In this document: positions 22,232 through 32,938 of the stretch, in pieces
How the letters are laid out: every line of letters begins with the position of its first letter
Position numbering within the stretch: position 1 is the first letter of the stretch
DNA from: Alphaproteobacteria bacterium
GTDB taxonomy: Bacteria > Pseudomonadota > Alphaproteobacteria > MPNO01 > UBA830
Reading direction: 5' to 3'
Assembly (NCBI GenBank): GCA_965243135.1
Contig: OZ251539.1
Location: 4,992,001 to 5,056,000 of the forward strand
DNA length: 64,000 nucleotides
Program-made: the position numbers and the translations under genes
The notes under the pieces: model-generated
Seen by the model: the letters and a program-made list of their open reading frames with translations, nothing else
What the model was told of the DNA's origin: nothing
The model's database searches: none

Positions 22232-22321
22232 TCAAGTTGCCGGGCCCGAACGGATAGCCGAAGCATCGGCGCGGTCGGGGAAAGGCGCAGCGCGACGAAA
22301 CCCGGCTCTCCGGAAAACCTG

Positions 22322-24058
22322 CTATGCCGCCGCCGTCATCTCCTCGCGTCGTCTCTCGGTGGCGGAACCGTTCACCGAACCGTCCGCGTCAACGACGACG
22401 CCGTACAGGCGTTCCGCGTTATCCGCGCTCACGAAGCCTTGGCGCACGTCTTCCGCGACTTTCTCCGCATCGCGCTCCCACGGCGCTCCGAAACCGCCGC
22501 CGCCCGGCGATTCGATCCGGATGCGCTGCCCCGCCTTGAGGCGAATGCCGACCGCCTTCGACGTCATGGCCGGCGCGTGTACGCCGTCGTCCTGCGTGTA
22601 GGTGATCACGTCCATCGCGCCGTCGCCGCCGCCCGCGATTCCGCGGGGCGGAAACCGGCCGCGCTCGCCGAACACGAACCCGGTCGCGCGGTCGGCGAGC
22701 AATTCCATCTCGTAGACCGCGCCCAAACCGCCGCGGTGCTTCCCGGGTCCCGCGGAGTCGGGACGGACGGCCCATTCGGTGAACATGACGGGCAGGACCG
22801 CTTCGAGAATCTCGGCCGGCGGGATCGTCGCCATGGAGATCGACCCGTTGCCGTGCGTTAGCCCGTCGCCGTCCGAATGCGCGCCGAGTCCGCCGCCGAA
22901 GAAGGAAAAGAACACCCAGGGCCGCGTCTCGCCGGGCCGTCGGCCGTTGATGGACACGGCATTGATGGTCCCGTAGCCGTTGGCCGGCGCGATTCCGGGA
23001 TCGGCCTGGGCGAAGGCGGCGAACACGACGTCGATCAGGCGCAGGATGGTTTCGGTGTAGCCTCCTACCGGCCGCGGCGACGTGGCCGAGAGCAGCTTGC
23101 CCTCTGGAATGACGAACGCGATGGGGTCGAGAACGCCGCCGTTGGCGGGCACCTCCCGAAACACGTGCTTCAACGCGACATAGGTCGCGGCGACCGTCGT
23201 CGTCTCCGAGATGTTGACCGGCCCCGCGCACGCTTCGGCGGAACGCGAAAAATCGAAGGTCAGGGCGTCGCCTTCGATAACAAGATCCAGCGCGACCCGA
23301 AGCGGACGATCCTCGATGCCGTCATTGTCGAGAAAGTCCTCGGCCGAATACGTCCCGTCCGGCAATTCGCCGACGAGGCTGCGCATCTGGCGGGCCGACC
23401 TTTCCCGCAGCTCGGCGAACACGGCGCGGACGGTTTCCTTTCCGTACTCGTCGAGGAGATCGTTCAGCCGCCGGGCGCCGAGGTCGAGGGAATTGAGCTG
23501 GCCCATCAGGTCGCCGTAGGAACTGCCGGGAAGACGGCTGTTCGCGGTCAGGATGGAGACGACGTCCTCGCGCAGCGCGCCCTCGTCCATCAGCTTGACC
23601 GGCGGCAGCACGAAGCCTTCCTGGAAGCAATCGGTCGCCGAAGGATTGTAGTTGCCGGGCACGCCGCCGCCGACATCGTGCCAGTGGCCGACCGAAGCGA
23701 GCCAGCAGAACAGTTCGCTGTCCCTGAAATAAGGCCGCACGATCTTGAAGTCGGACAAATGAGTGCCGCCGGCATAAGGATCGTTGAAGATCCAGAGATC
23801 GCCGTCCCGCGCGTCGTCTCCGGCCTTGGCGATCGCCGCTTTGACGGCGAAAGACATGACGCCGACGAATATGGGGAGTCCCTCCTTCCCCTGAATGAGG
23901 GTATCGCCGGTGACGGCCTCGTAAATTCCGTGCGACGCGTCGCGCGCCTCCGCGATCACCGGGCTGAAGGCGGCGCGGAACAACGCCGCATCCATCTCGT
24001 CCGAGATCTGCTCGAGCCTGCCCTTGACGACCGACAACGTGACCGGATCGACGCTCAT
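22322..24058 (-). CDS. Hydantoinase B/oxoprolinase subunit B
   Basis: MSVDPVTLSVV, NDPYAGGTHLSD, HWHDVGG, DSAGPGKHRGGLG and PGGGGFG motifs. Confidence 0.93.
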   Translation of the reverse strand: MSVDPVTLSVVKGRLEQISDEMDAALFRAAFSPVIAEARDASHGIYEAVTGDTLIQGKEGLPIFVGVMSFAVKAAIAKAGDDARDGDLWIFNDPYAGGTHLSDFKIVRPYFRDSELFCWLASVGHWHDVGGGVPGNYNPSATDCFQEGFVLPPVKLMDEGALREDVVSILTANSRLPGSSYGDLMGQLNSLDLGARRLNDLLDEYGKETVRAVFAELRERSARQMRSLVGELPDGTYSAEDFLDNDGIEDRPLRVALDLVIEGDALTFDFSRSAEACAGPVNISETTTVAATYVALKHVFREVPANGGVLDPIAFVIPEGKLLSATSPRPVGGYTETILRLIDVVFAAFAQADPGIAPANGYGTINAVSINGRRPGETRPWVFFSFFGGGLGAHSDGDGLTHGNGSISMATIPPAEILEAVLPVMFTEWAVRPDSAGPGKHRGGLGAVYEMELLADRATGFVFGERGRFPPRGIAGGGDGAMDVITYTQDDGVHAPAMTSKAVGIRLKAGQRIRIESPGGGGFGAPWERDAEKVAEDVRQGFVSADNAERLYGVVVDADGSVNGSATERRREEMTAAA

Positions 24059-24564
24059 TCTCCGCTCCTGAACCGTTTCTCGAGATGCGGCACCAAACCG
24101 CCGTCCGCCAGCATGGCGAGCATATGCTCCGGCATCGGCGCGCAGGGATAGTCGGCCGCGGCGTCGAGATCGCGAACGGCGCCCGCGGCGGCGTCGAGGG
24201 AAACGCGATGACCGGCGGGAATTCGGAAAGCTTCCCCGCACACGAGCGCCGGCAGCCCATGGTTGATGGCGTTGCGATAGAAGATGGTGCCGAAGGACGA
24301 CGCGAGCACTGCGGCAACGCCGAGGAACACCAGAACCTGGACGGCCTGCTCGCGCGACGACCCGGCGCCGAATCCGGCTCCTGCGCAGATCACGTCCCCA
24401 GCCCGCACGCTTTCGGCGAAGCCGGGATCGACGGATTCGAGACAGTGCCGGGCCAGTTCATCAAGCGGATCCTTCATATGGATCCCGGGGGCCAGAGCGT
24501 CCGTATCGACGTAGTCGCCGAACGTCCAGACGCGCGCCTCGGCGACAAAGCCCGGTCGGCTCAC
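24055..24564 (-). CDS. 3-isopropylmalate dehydratase-like small subunit (LeuD/DmdB/HacB family)
   Basis: FGDYVDTD, FGAGSSREQA and IFYRNAINHGLP motifs; GTG start overlaps the upstream stop. Confidence 0.9.
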   Translation of the reverse strand: MSRPGFVAEARVWTFGDYVDTDALAPGIHMKDPLDELARHCLESVDPGFAESVRAGDVICAGAGFGAGSSREQAVQVLVFLGVAAVLASSFGTIFYRNAINHGLPALVCGEAFRIPAGHRVSLDAAAGAVRDLDAAADYPCAPMPEHMLAMLADGGLVPHLEKRFRSGE

Positions 24565-25826
24565 GGCGCCGTCCCGGCGAGGAACTCGCGAGGGTCGCGA
24601 ATCTCGCCGGCGACTGCGGCGGCTGCGACGGTATACGGGCTGCCGAGATACACGCTGGACTCCCGCGATCCCATGCGGCCCCTGAAGTTCCGGGCCGTCG
24701 ATGCGATGCAGACCTCGCCGTCCGCAAGTACGCCTGCGCCGTATCCCGCGCACGCGCCGCAACCCGACGGCATCATCAGCGCTCCCGCCGAAGCGAGAAC
24801 GGCGAGCGTGCCGTCCACGGCGGCCGCCGCGGTATCCCGCTGCGAAGCCGGCGCCACAAGCAGCCGCGTGGCGACCTTGCGCCCTCGAAGCACGCGAGCG
24901 GCCATTTGCAGGTCGGCGAGTTTGGCGCCGGTACAGGCGCCGATGTAAGCCTGATCGACGCGCGTGCCGCAGGTTTCCGCGACGGGAGCCGCGTTGGCCG
25001 GGCTGTGAGGCGCGGCGACCTGCGGGCCCAGCGCCGCCACGTCGACGACATGGGTCTCGCGAACCTCCGCGCCCTCGTCGGCGCGCCAGCGATCCCCGGG
25101 CGCCCCGCCGGCGTTGCGGACGAATTCGTCGGTGACGTCGTCGCCTGCAATTATCGCGGTGAGCGCTCCGAGTTCGGCCGCCATGTTGCACAGCGTCATG
25201 CGCTCCGGCATCGGCAACGCGGTCACCGCGTCGCCGACATACTCGATCGCCTGTCCGCCGCCGCCGCCCATGCCAAGGCGCGCGCAGAGCGCCAGCATGA
25301 CGTCCTTGGCGCAGACCCCGTCGCGCAGTCCGCCCGTCAATTCGATGCGGATGGTCTCCGGCACGACCGTCCAGGTCTCGCCGGTGGCCAGCACGCCCGC
25401 CATGTCGGTCGCGCCCACCCCGAACATGAAGCAGCCGAAGGCGCCGCCGGTCGGCGAATGGCTGTCGCCGCCGACTACGAACATGCCGGGCCTGAGGTGT
25501 CCGCGCTCCGGCAGAACGACATGGCAGATGCCCTGCATGTCGTAGAAGTGGCGCAGGCCGTGCCTGGCCGCGAACCGGCGGGTGAGATCCAGGATTCGCG
25601 CGCTTTCCGTGTCGACCGCAGGAACGTAATGATCGGAAATCAGCACGACCTTGTCCGGGTCCCACACGCCGCAGCCAAGGCGTTCCAGAATCGGAACGAC
25701 GCGGCGCGGACCGCCGGAATCGTGAATCATCGCGAGATCGACCGCGCAGGTCACGATCTCCCCGGGCGCCACGGCGTCTCGGCCGGCCGCGCGCGCGATG
25801 ATCTTCTGCGAAATCGTTTGCGCCAT
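24561..25826 (-). CDS. 3-isopropylmalate dehydratase-like large subunit (LeuC/DmdA/HacA aconitase family)
   Basis: GICH, GGDSHS, IGACT, CGACAG and RNFRGRMG motifs. Confidence 0.92.
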   Translation of the reverse strand: MAQTISQKIIARAAGRDAVAPGEIVTCAVDLAMIHDSGGPRRVVPILERLGCGVWDPDKVVLISDHYVPAVDTESARILDLTRRFAARHGLRHFYDMQGICHVVLPERGHLRPGMFVVGGDSHSPTGGAFGCFMFGVGATDMAGVLATGETWTVVPETIRIELTGGLRDGVCAKDVMLALCARLGMGGGGGQAIEYVGDAVTALPMPERMTLCNMAAELGALTAIIAGDDVTDEFVRNAGGAPGDRWRADEGAEVRETHVVDVAALGPQVAAPHSPANAAPVAETCGTRVDQAYIGACTGAKLADLQMAARVLRGRKVATRLLVAPASQRDTAAAAVDGTLAVLASAGALMMPSGCGACAGYGAGVLADGEVCIASTARNFRGRMGSRESSVYLGSPYTVAAAAVAGEIRDPREFLAGTAP

Positions 25827-25888
25827 GCCGCCTGTCTATCCCGGAACGCCGTTCCTGTCACGGCGCCTGAGCGGCGCCGCGCCGTCCG

Positions 25889-27580
25889 TCAACCCGCAGC
25901 CGCCGCGCGCGCCGCCGCATGCATCGCGATCCGGTAGCCGAACACCACCGCGGGCCCCAGCGTGATGCCCGGTCCGGGATAGGTTCCGGCCATGACGGAC
26001 GCCATGTCGTTTCCGCAGGCGTAGAGTCCGTCGATGGCCGCGCCGTCGGCGTCCAGCACTTCGCCGTCCGCCGTCGTCGCGAGCCCGACGCTGCAGCCGA
26101 TCTCCGCGGGCCAGACGGCGACGGCGACGAAAGGCGGGGTTTCGATGGGCGCGAGGCACGGGTTGGGCTCGTTGCGCGGATCGCCGTTGAAGCGGTTGAA
26201 GGCATCGTCCCCCTTTCCGAAATCAGGATCGGAACCCTCCGCCGCGAAACGGTTGTGACGCGCCACGGTATCCGCGAGCCCCGCGCGGTCCACCCCGATC
26301 AGGCGGGCGAGTTCCTCGACCGTTCCGGCGGCGGTGACGTAATCCGCGAAGCGCCGCAGACGCCGCGTGCCCGGATGGATGGCGCCGAGTCCGTACTTGC
26401 GGACGAACGCGCCGTCGCAGACCAGCCAAGCGGGCATCGTGTTCGTCACTTCATGGGACCGATACATGCCCTCCACGAAATCGTGGTAGGACGCGGCTTC
26501 GTTGACGAAGCGCCGGCCCGCCGAGTTGACCGCGATCAATCCGGGTTTGGCGCGATCGAGCGAAAGATGCGGGAACAACCCTTCGCCGCCGTCGCGCCGC
26601 CTCGTGACCGAAACCGGCGACCAAAAGGCGCTCGAGCGGTAGCCTCGCTTCCTGATGTCCGCCCCCGCCCGCGTCGCCATTTCCAGCCCGTCTCCGGCGT
26701 TGGCGGCCGCGGCCATCGAGCGGGGCGGCGCGGACGCGGGCATGAACTCGGCCCGGAACGCGGGGTTATGAGCGAATCCGCCGGTCGCGAGCACTACCCC
26801 CCGTCGCGCCCGGATACGGCGCCCGTCCTCGCCGACAGCCGCGCCGACGACGCGGCCGCCGTCGCGAATCAACTCGACGACCGGCGCGCCGAACAAGACA
26901 GGGACGCCGCGCTTGCGAAGACCGTAAAACAGGCGCGCGACCAGAGCGTTTCCCATCGTCAGCCGCGTGCCGCGACGGTAGCGCAACCTGTCGGCCGCGT
27001 AACGCAGCACGAGACGCGCCGCATGAACCAGATTGCGCGGCGAAGCGTAGCGCCCGATCAGCGGACCGATATCTTCCTTCGACACCATCATGCCGCCGAA
27101 CAGCATGAATTCGTCTATCGGCGGACGAACGCGGTCGAAATCCTCTCCGAGGAGGCGGCCGTCGAAAATCTCGGGCACGATGGCGCGGCCGCCGATGGCC
27201 GCGCCGGGCTGGTTGTTGCGATAATCGGGATGCTCGCCGCAGGGCACGAACCGCAGACCGGCGCGGGAAACGAGATAATCGATGGCGTCCGGTCCGTCGC
27301 TCAGAAACACGGCGCGAAGTTCCGCGCCGTCCGCGGCGCCGACGAGTCCGTCGAGATACCGCGCCGCGTCGTCGGGCGAATCCGCATAGCCGGTGTCGCG
27401 GCTTTGCCGGTTGCCGGGTATCCAGAGCGTTCCCGCCGACGTCGCCCCGGTGCCGCCGACCTGCTCCGTTTTCTCGCAGACGACGACCTCCAGACCCTCC
27501 GTCGCCGCCACAAGGGCGGCCGCCATCCCGGCCGGTCCGGCGCCCGCCACGAGCAAATCGGTCTCCCGATCCCATGCCAT
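25889..27580 (-). CDS. FAD-dependent oxidoreductase (3-ketosteroid dehydrogenase/fumarate reductase flavoprotein family)
   Basis: GAGPAG, GGTGATSAG, VLATGGF, GRRFVNEA and GLYACGND...YPGPGITLGP motifs; GAGG RBS before ATG 27580. Confidence 0.88.
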   Translation of the reverse strand: MAWDRETDLLVAGAGPAGMAAALVAATEGLEVVVCEKTEQVGGTGATSAGTLWIPGNRQSRDTGYADSPDDAARYLDGLVGAADGAELRAVFLSDGPDAIDYLVSRAGLRFVPCGEHPDYRNNQPGAAIGGRAIVPEIFDGRLLGEDFDRVRPPIDEFMLFGGMMVSKEDIGPLIGRYASPRNLVHAARLVLRYAADRLRYRRGTRLTMGNALVARLFYGLRKRGVPVLFGAPVVELIRDGGRVVGAAVGEDGRRIRARRGVVLATGGFAHNPAFRAEFMPASAPPRSMAAAANAGDGLEMATRAGADIRKRGYRSSAFWSPVSVTRRRDGGEGLFPHLSLDRAKPGLIAVNSAGRRFVNEAASYHDFVEGMYRSHEVTNTMPAWLVCDGAFVRKYGLGAIHPGTRRLRRFADYVTAAGTVEELARLIGVDRAGLADTVARHNRFAAEGSDPDFGKGDDAFNRFNGDPRNEPNPCLAPIETPPFVAVAVWPAEIGCSVGLATTADGEVLDADGAAIDGLYACGNDMASVMAGTYPGPGITLGPAVVFGYRIAMHAAARAAAAG

Positions 27581-27803
27581 AATCGTCCTCTCCCGCACCG
27601 CCAAAGCCAACAGACAATAAGGGATTCCTGCGAAACGAGACATGGCGTTTTTCCCTGCGGCGCCTTTCGCCTTGCCGCAGCCCGGCAGGCGCGACGTCCG
27701 CCGCGCGCGCCGACGCCGCGCTCTTCCGAAATCGCCGAGGGGACCGCGCGCGCCGGTTCCGCTGCATGGGCAGAACTCCTCCGCCTCCATGGCCGGGCCG
27801 TTT

Positions 27804-29604
27804 CAGTCAAGCAACGGTCAAACAAACTATCGGTTTATTTTCAGCGCGTTGCGGCGGAAACGCGCGTCGCGGACCATTGCCAGTCCAACAACCGTCAGGC
27901 ATAGGCGAAGGGGTTTTCTCTCTCGGCATCCCCGGGGCCGCCGCACGACGGAACTTCCAAGGGGCTGCCCGGCACCTGCGCCCTGCTTCGCGTGGAGTTA
28001 GAACAGATCGATGTCCGAGGCGACGAGCGCTTCCGAAGCACGGTTCCAGTCAAGCAACGGTCAAGCAAATATTCGGTTCATTTTCAGCGCGTTGCGGCGA
28101 AAACCCGCGTCGCGGATCATTGCCAGTCAAACAACCGTCAGGCAAAGGCGAGAGCCTTTAGCCCCCGACATCGCCCGGACCCGCCCGCGAGCAGGCTTAC
28201 GGACAGCTGTCAGGCGGTCACGCCCTGGCCCGCATGGAGCCAGTACGGATCGACGCCCAAGGCCACGAGCGTTTTCAGCGGACAGTTCCAGTCAAGCAAC
28301 GGTCAAGCAAACTATCGGTTTATTTTCAGCACGTTGCGGCGGAAACGCGCGTCGCGGACCATTGCCAGTCAAACAACCGTCAGGCAAAGGCGAAGGAATT
28401 TTCTTTCTCGGCATCCCCGGGATCGCCGCACGACGGAACTTCCAAAGGGCTGCCCGGCACCTGCACTCCGTTCCGCGTGGAGTTAGAACAGATCGACGTC
28501 CAAGGCGACGGACGTTTCCGGCGGCCAGTCTCAGTCAAGCAACGGTCAAGCAAATATTCGGTTCATTTTCAGCGCGTTGCGGCGGAAACCCGCGTCGCGG
28601 ATCATTGCCAGTCAAACAACCGTCAGGCAAAGGCGAAGGGATTTTCTCTCTCGGCATCCCCGGGATTGCCCACAAGCGAGGCTTGGCCGCCCGGCGACCG
28701 TGTCCTGCCTCGCGTGGGGCCAGAATAGATCCTCTTGGCGTCCGAGGCGACGAACGCTTCCGGCGGACAGTTCCAGTCAAGCAGCAGTCAAGCAAACTAT
28801 CGGTTTATTTTCAGCGCGTTGCGGCGAAAACCCGCGTCGCGGACCATTGCCAGTCAAACAACCGTCAGGCAAGGACGAAGGAATTTTCTTTCTCGGCATC
28901 CCCGGGATCGCCGCACGACGGAACTTCCAAAGGGCTGCCCGGCACCTGCGCTCCGTTCCGCGTGGAGTTAGAACAGATCGACGTCCAAGGCGACGAACGT
29001 TTCCGGCGACCAGTCCCAGTCAAGCAACGGTCAAGCAAATATTCGGTTCATTTTCAGCGCGTTGCGGCGAAAACCCGCGTCGCGGATCATTGCCGGTCAA
29101 ACAACCGTCAGGCAAAGGCGAGAGCCTTTAGCCCCCGACATCGTCCGGACCCGCCCGCGAGCAGGCTTACGGACAGCTGTCAGGCGGTTACGCTGGCCCG
29201 CATGGAGCCAGTACGGATCGACGCCCAAGGCCACGAGCGTTTTCAGCGGACAGTTCCAGTCAAGCAACGGTCAAGCAAACTATCGGTTTATTTTCAGCGT
29301 GTTGCGGCGAAAACGCGCGTCGCGGACCATTGCCAGTCAAACAACCGTCAGGCAAAGGCGAAGGGATTTTCTCTCTCGGCATCCCCGGGATTGCCCACAA
29401 GCGAGGCTTGGCCGCCCGGCGACCGTGTTCTGCCTCGCGTGGGGCCAGAATAGATCCTCTTGGCGTCCGAGGCGACGAACGCTTCCGGCGGACAGTTCCA
29501 GTCAAGCAGCAGTCAAGCAAACTATCGGTTTATTTTCAGTGCGTTGCGGCGGAAACCCGCGCCGCGGATCATTGCCGGTCAAACAACCGCTAGGCAAAAG
29601 CGAA
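27804..29604. repeat. Higher-order tandem repeat: 8 conserved ~105-bp cores at a 240-243 bp period with three linker variants
   Basis: Cores start with CAGTCAAGCA at 27804, 28047, 28289, 28532, 28774, 29017, 29257 and 29499. Linker order is A,B,A,C,A,B,C. Confidence 0.95.
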
Positions 29605-29979
29605 GACGCTTCTTTCGATATACGCGATCAAGCAGGGCTGGACGTAGATGCCTGCGAATTCGGTCGGAAGCCGATGTTCCGTGCACATTAGCGAAAACGC
29701 CATGCGTGCCTCTCTCGGCAGCGGCTGCCTCACGATGTTTCCAGACCGACCTCGAGAGCCAACGGTTACGGCGCAAAAGCCATCCGTTAGCATAACCGGA
29801 GATCCGGTTTGTCAATGACCTCCGAAGCTTGGGAGGCTCAAGGGCCCTGCCCTCACAGACACATGGACAGGAGCACCTTGGGTCTACGCCTCAAGAGACC
29901 GAATATCGTATAATCACTGACGTGCCGAAAGGTACCAAGTCCTGCTACATTACTTTCGTAAACTCGCTCGGCTGGCCCT

Positions 29980-31656
29980 ATGACCTACATCAAACCCCAA
30001 GAGGTAAGGAGTCCCAAGAAACGCTGGCGCCTGATTCGCGTATTGCATGATGGCGGCATTGGCGAATGGTCTGTAGCGGAGGGGCAATGGTCCCGGGGTG
30101 GTCGGTGGCGCGATGTCCTAGCTATCCGCTGGAACGGCGATAGTTCCCGTAGGGGAATAGGCAGCCCGCAGGCACACGGCCGACCGACCTGGTTCATCGT
30201 TCCCGACGAAATGGAAGCGGCGATGCGCTCGGTCATTGCATCTGTCGCTGAACCAATGGCGTGCACTTTCTCCTTCTTCGTCTCCGCTAATTGGAGCAAG
30301 AAGGAAAGGGAGCGTTCCGTCCATGTTGCCGATCTGCACGGTCGGCGCATTCGCCACGAGGGGACCTGCTGGACACTGAAGACCCTGCTCGATCTGGCGC
30401 GGGATCAAGACGGGGCGGTATTGGTAGGGGTGGATGCTGCGTTGGGAGTGCCGGACAGCTTTTGGCGAAAAGTGCCGAAGACCGGTGGCCGCCCCGTCTC
30501 GTTCATCGATTGGCTACGCGGACTCGATCCAGACTCCGATTTCTTCGCGAAAACCGTGCGCAACGCTGCAGAATGGCGAGTTTATCATCCTTTCTTCCAC
30601 ATTACGGGCGGCGATGGGTCGATGACGGCATTCAACGACTTGTTGCCGGGCGGCTTCCTCCGCAAGATCGACCGTCGCACCCACGCCAAGCCGATATTTG
30701 CCGCGAGCGGCATTTCGGGGATTGCGGGATCCGGGACCCGCGCTCTGTGGCGGGAACTGGTGCCGCTTCTTCGCGAGGACCGCGATTTCGCGGTCTGGCC
30801 CTTCGAGGGGGATTTGTCGGATCTTGCCTCCCGCAAGAAGATCGTTCTCGCCGAAATCCATCCCGGGATTGCCCATGGGACAACGCTTGCCAACCCGACT
30901 GGCCCCGTCAAGGTGACCAGGAACAAGCTCGAAAAAAGAAACGAGGCGTGCGATCTCCTGGAGAATGTCGAGTGGGCTCGCGATGTTGATTTGGGCGATC
31001 TGCGTTTCGCCCGTGAAGACAAGAACGCGTTCGATTCGCTTTTCATGGCAGCAGCTGTACTGCGTTGCACCATTGAGGGGAAAGCTCTTTTTTCCTCGCC
31101 CTGGATTGACCGGCAGGTAGAAGGAGGAACGCTGCTTGTCGGCCCTCCGGTGACGGGGCAGGCGGGAAAATATCAATCCGAGGGGCTTCCGGGGGCGTCG
31201 AACGACGCCGCCGATTTCCCTCCCCCGCAGGGAGGCATGGCTGTCCCTTTGGAGGCGCCCGCTGACCGGCGCGAGCGGTTTGAGGTGCCGGAAAAACTCG
31301 CGGCGTTTATCCGGTCGAAAGATCTAGACACGATAGGGGCTTCCGAAGCCGCCGAGCGTCTGAAGGTTTCGCGTACGACGGTTTATCACTGGGCGACGAG
31401 GAAAAGACTTCTTGCCTGGACCTCGGACAAGCGTGGCGTGACAATTCCTGCGGAGCAGATTCTCGGTCCGGGCTGTGTCGTACCGGGCCTCCCCAAGGTC
31501 TTGGACGTTATCGACGACCCAGAATTGGCATGGGCGTTCTTAACTCAGAACTGGCCGTTCTCCGACGTGGTAGCCCGTCCTCTCGACAAACTTGCATGCG
31601 GTCAGATCGATGAAGTCGTCGACGCAGCTCCCGGCTTCGGTACGATCTTCACATGA
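29980..31656 (+). CDS. Multi-domain fusion: small 'RWNG' domain + DUF429-like RNase H-fold domain + HTH/MbcA-Xre-like antitoxin domain
   Basis: N-terminus LAIRWNG...G.PQAHGRPTWF. Middle SANWSK, GVDAALGVP, VWPF, AEIHPG, NAFDS. C-terminal HTH (ASEAAERLKVSRTTVYHW) and DPELAWAFL...RPLDKL..G. Confidence 0.7.
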   Translation: MTYIKPQEVRSPKKRWRLIRVLHDGGIGEWSVAEGQWSRGGRWRDVLAIRWNGDSSRRGIGSPQAHGRPTWFIVPDEMEAAMRSVIASVAEPMACTFSFFVSANWSKKERERSVHVADLHGRRIRHEGTCWTLKTLLDLARDQDGAVLVGVDAALGVPDSFWRKVPKTGGRPVSFIDWLRGLDPDSDFFAKTVRNAAEWRVYHPFFHITGGDGSMTAFNDLLPGGFLRKIDRRTHAKPIFAASGISGIAGSGTRALWRELVPLLREDRDFAVWPFEGDLSDLASRKKIVLAEIHPGIAHGTTLANPTGPVKVTRNKLEKRNEACDLLENVEWARDVDLGDLRFAREDKNAFDSLFMAAAVLRCTIEGKALFSSPWIDRQVEGGTLLVGPPVTGQAGKYQSEGLPGASNDAADFPPPQGGMAVPLEAPADRRERFEVPEKLAAFIRSKDLDTIGASEAAERLKVSRTTVYHWATRKRLLAWTSDKRGVTIPAEQILGPGCVVPGLPKVLDVIDDPELAWAFLTQNWPFSDVVARPLDKLACGQIDEVVDAAPGFGTIFT

Positions 31657-31790
31657 ACGAATCCGCTTATCCGCGGATCATGGCCATTCTCTCTCAAGTC
31701 GAACTTCCGGCCAAGACCCTATCGTATTTTGATCGAGTTCTCCAAATATTTCCATCGATTATCGTGTCCGTGCACAAAAGCAAGGGTGGC
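31653..31790 (+). pseudogene. Truncated downstream partner, possibly the N-terminus of a RES toxin
   Basis: ATGA overlap with the antitoxin-like C-terminus of the upstream gene. The frame soon runs into the convergent gene. The RES assignment rests on context only. Confidence 0.3.
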
Positions 31791-32938
31791 AACCTTCAAG
31801 AAACTTCATCAAGATTGGCCCAAAAGGGAAAATAGTGTCGGTCCCTCGTACCTGCTTCCGGATTTGCAACAACAATGAGACCAGCTTTTACTGCATCGCC
31901 GAATATCCGAGAAACCATCGACGCGTTTTTTCTGGAGATTCCGAAGCGGTTACGTAGAGAATAATTAGTCATTCTCCGACGATTTACATATTGCAAACAG
32001 GCATGCAAATAGCATGCACGAACTCCGTCATTTTGATCCATACCCGCCAAAGATTTTTGCGCAAACAGGGTGATGCGCGTAAAGTCACCTGGAGTTTCAA
32101 ACAATGGCGCGGGCATCTGATGAATTTCGGTTTGAGAAATGACCTTGTCGATACCGCTTCCTCGTTCTTCACATATCCCGAAACGTCGCATGAGCGACGC
32201 AAGCGTTTCGTTTCGGGAATTCGGCGGACTGTCAAGAAATCTTTGAGTATCGATCAGCGGCTTTCCAGGATTGGTAACCTCAATGCGGTTCTTGAATATT
32301 TCAACCATAGGCCCTGCGCCTGTTACTGAAAAATCTTGATGAATCAGGGCATTGACAACCAATTCACGCACCGCTAGTTCCGGGAATTCCGGCACCGACC
32401 GACGAATCGCCTGTTCGACGATTTCGCGAATAGGTAGCTGCGCGTTGATGAGGTTGACAAATTCCTCGAATCCAGAGGCATAGCCTTTTGTTCCTTGTTT
32501 TTCTCCGAACGCGTCAAGACGATCATCTCCCTGATATCTGACAATGCGCAGAGATTTCCGGATCAATCCCGGGAAATCTCCAATTTCCTTCGCGAATAGA
32601 ATTGCGCCCAAATTCGTAATATCGAAACCGCCTGCGGCATTGGACTTAATCAATCTATCTCGTGCAAGCGCGTCAAGTATTGAAGCTCGGCTGTCAGGTA
32701 GTGGCCTATCGAGAAGATTGAAATATTGTGGATAATCGAGCTTGCAAAGAATGTCTTCATCATTCAACCGCTCGGAAGCGATTCCGTCTTCAAATCTGAC
32801 TTGATCGAATATGCGCCATAGAGCCCTTTCTTTTTCGGGATAATCCTTCAGTTTTCTTGTGGAAGCGCCGACTCGCATATACTCGACGCCATCGAACGAG
32901 ACAGGACGCTGTGCAGTCCGGTCGATTTCCAGAAGCAC

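Noticed and set aside
28011-29453. 480-aa ORF and other ORFs inside the array
   Set aside because: The period is not a consistent multiple of 3, and the same DNA is read in rotating frames.
27804-29604. CRISPR array
   Set aside because: The repeats (~105 bp) and linkers (~135 bp) are far too long, the linkers recur and are homologous to each other, and there are no cas genes.
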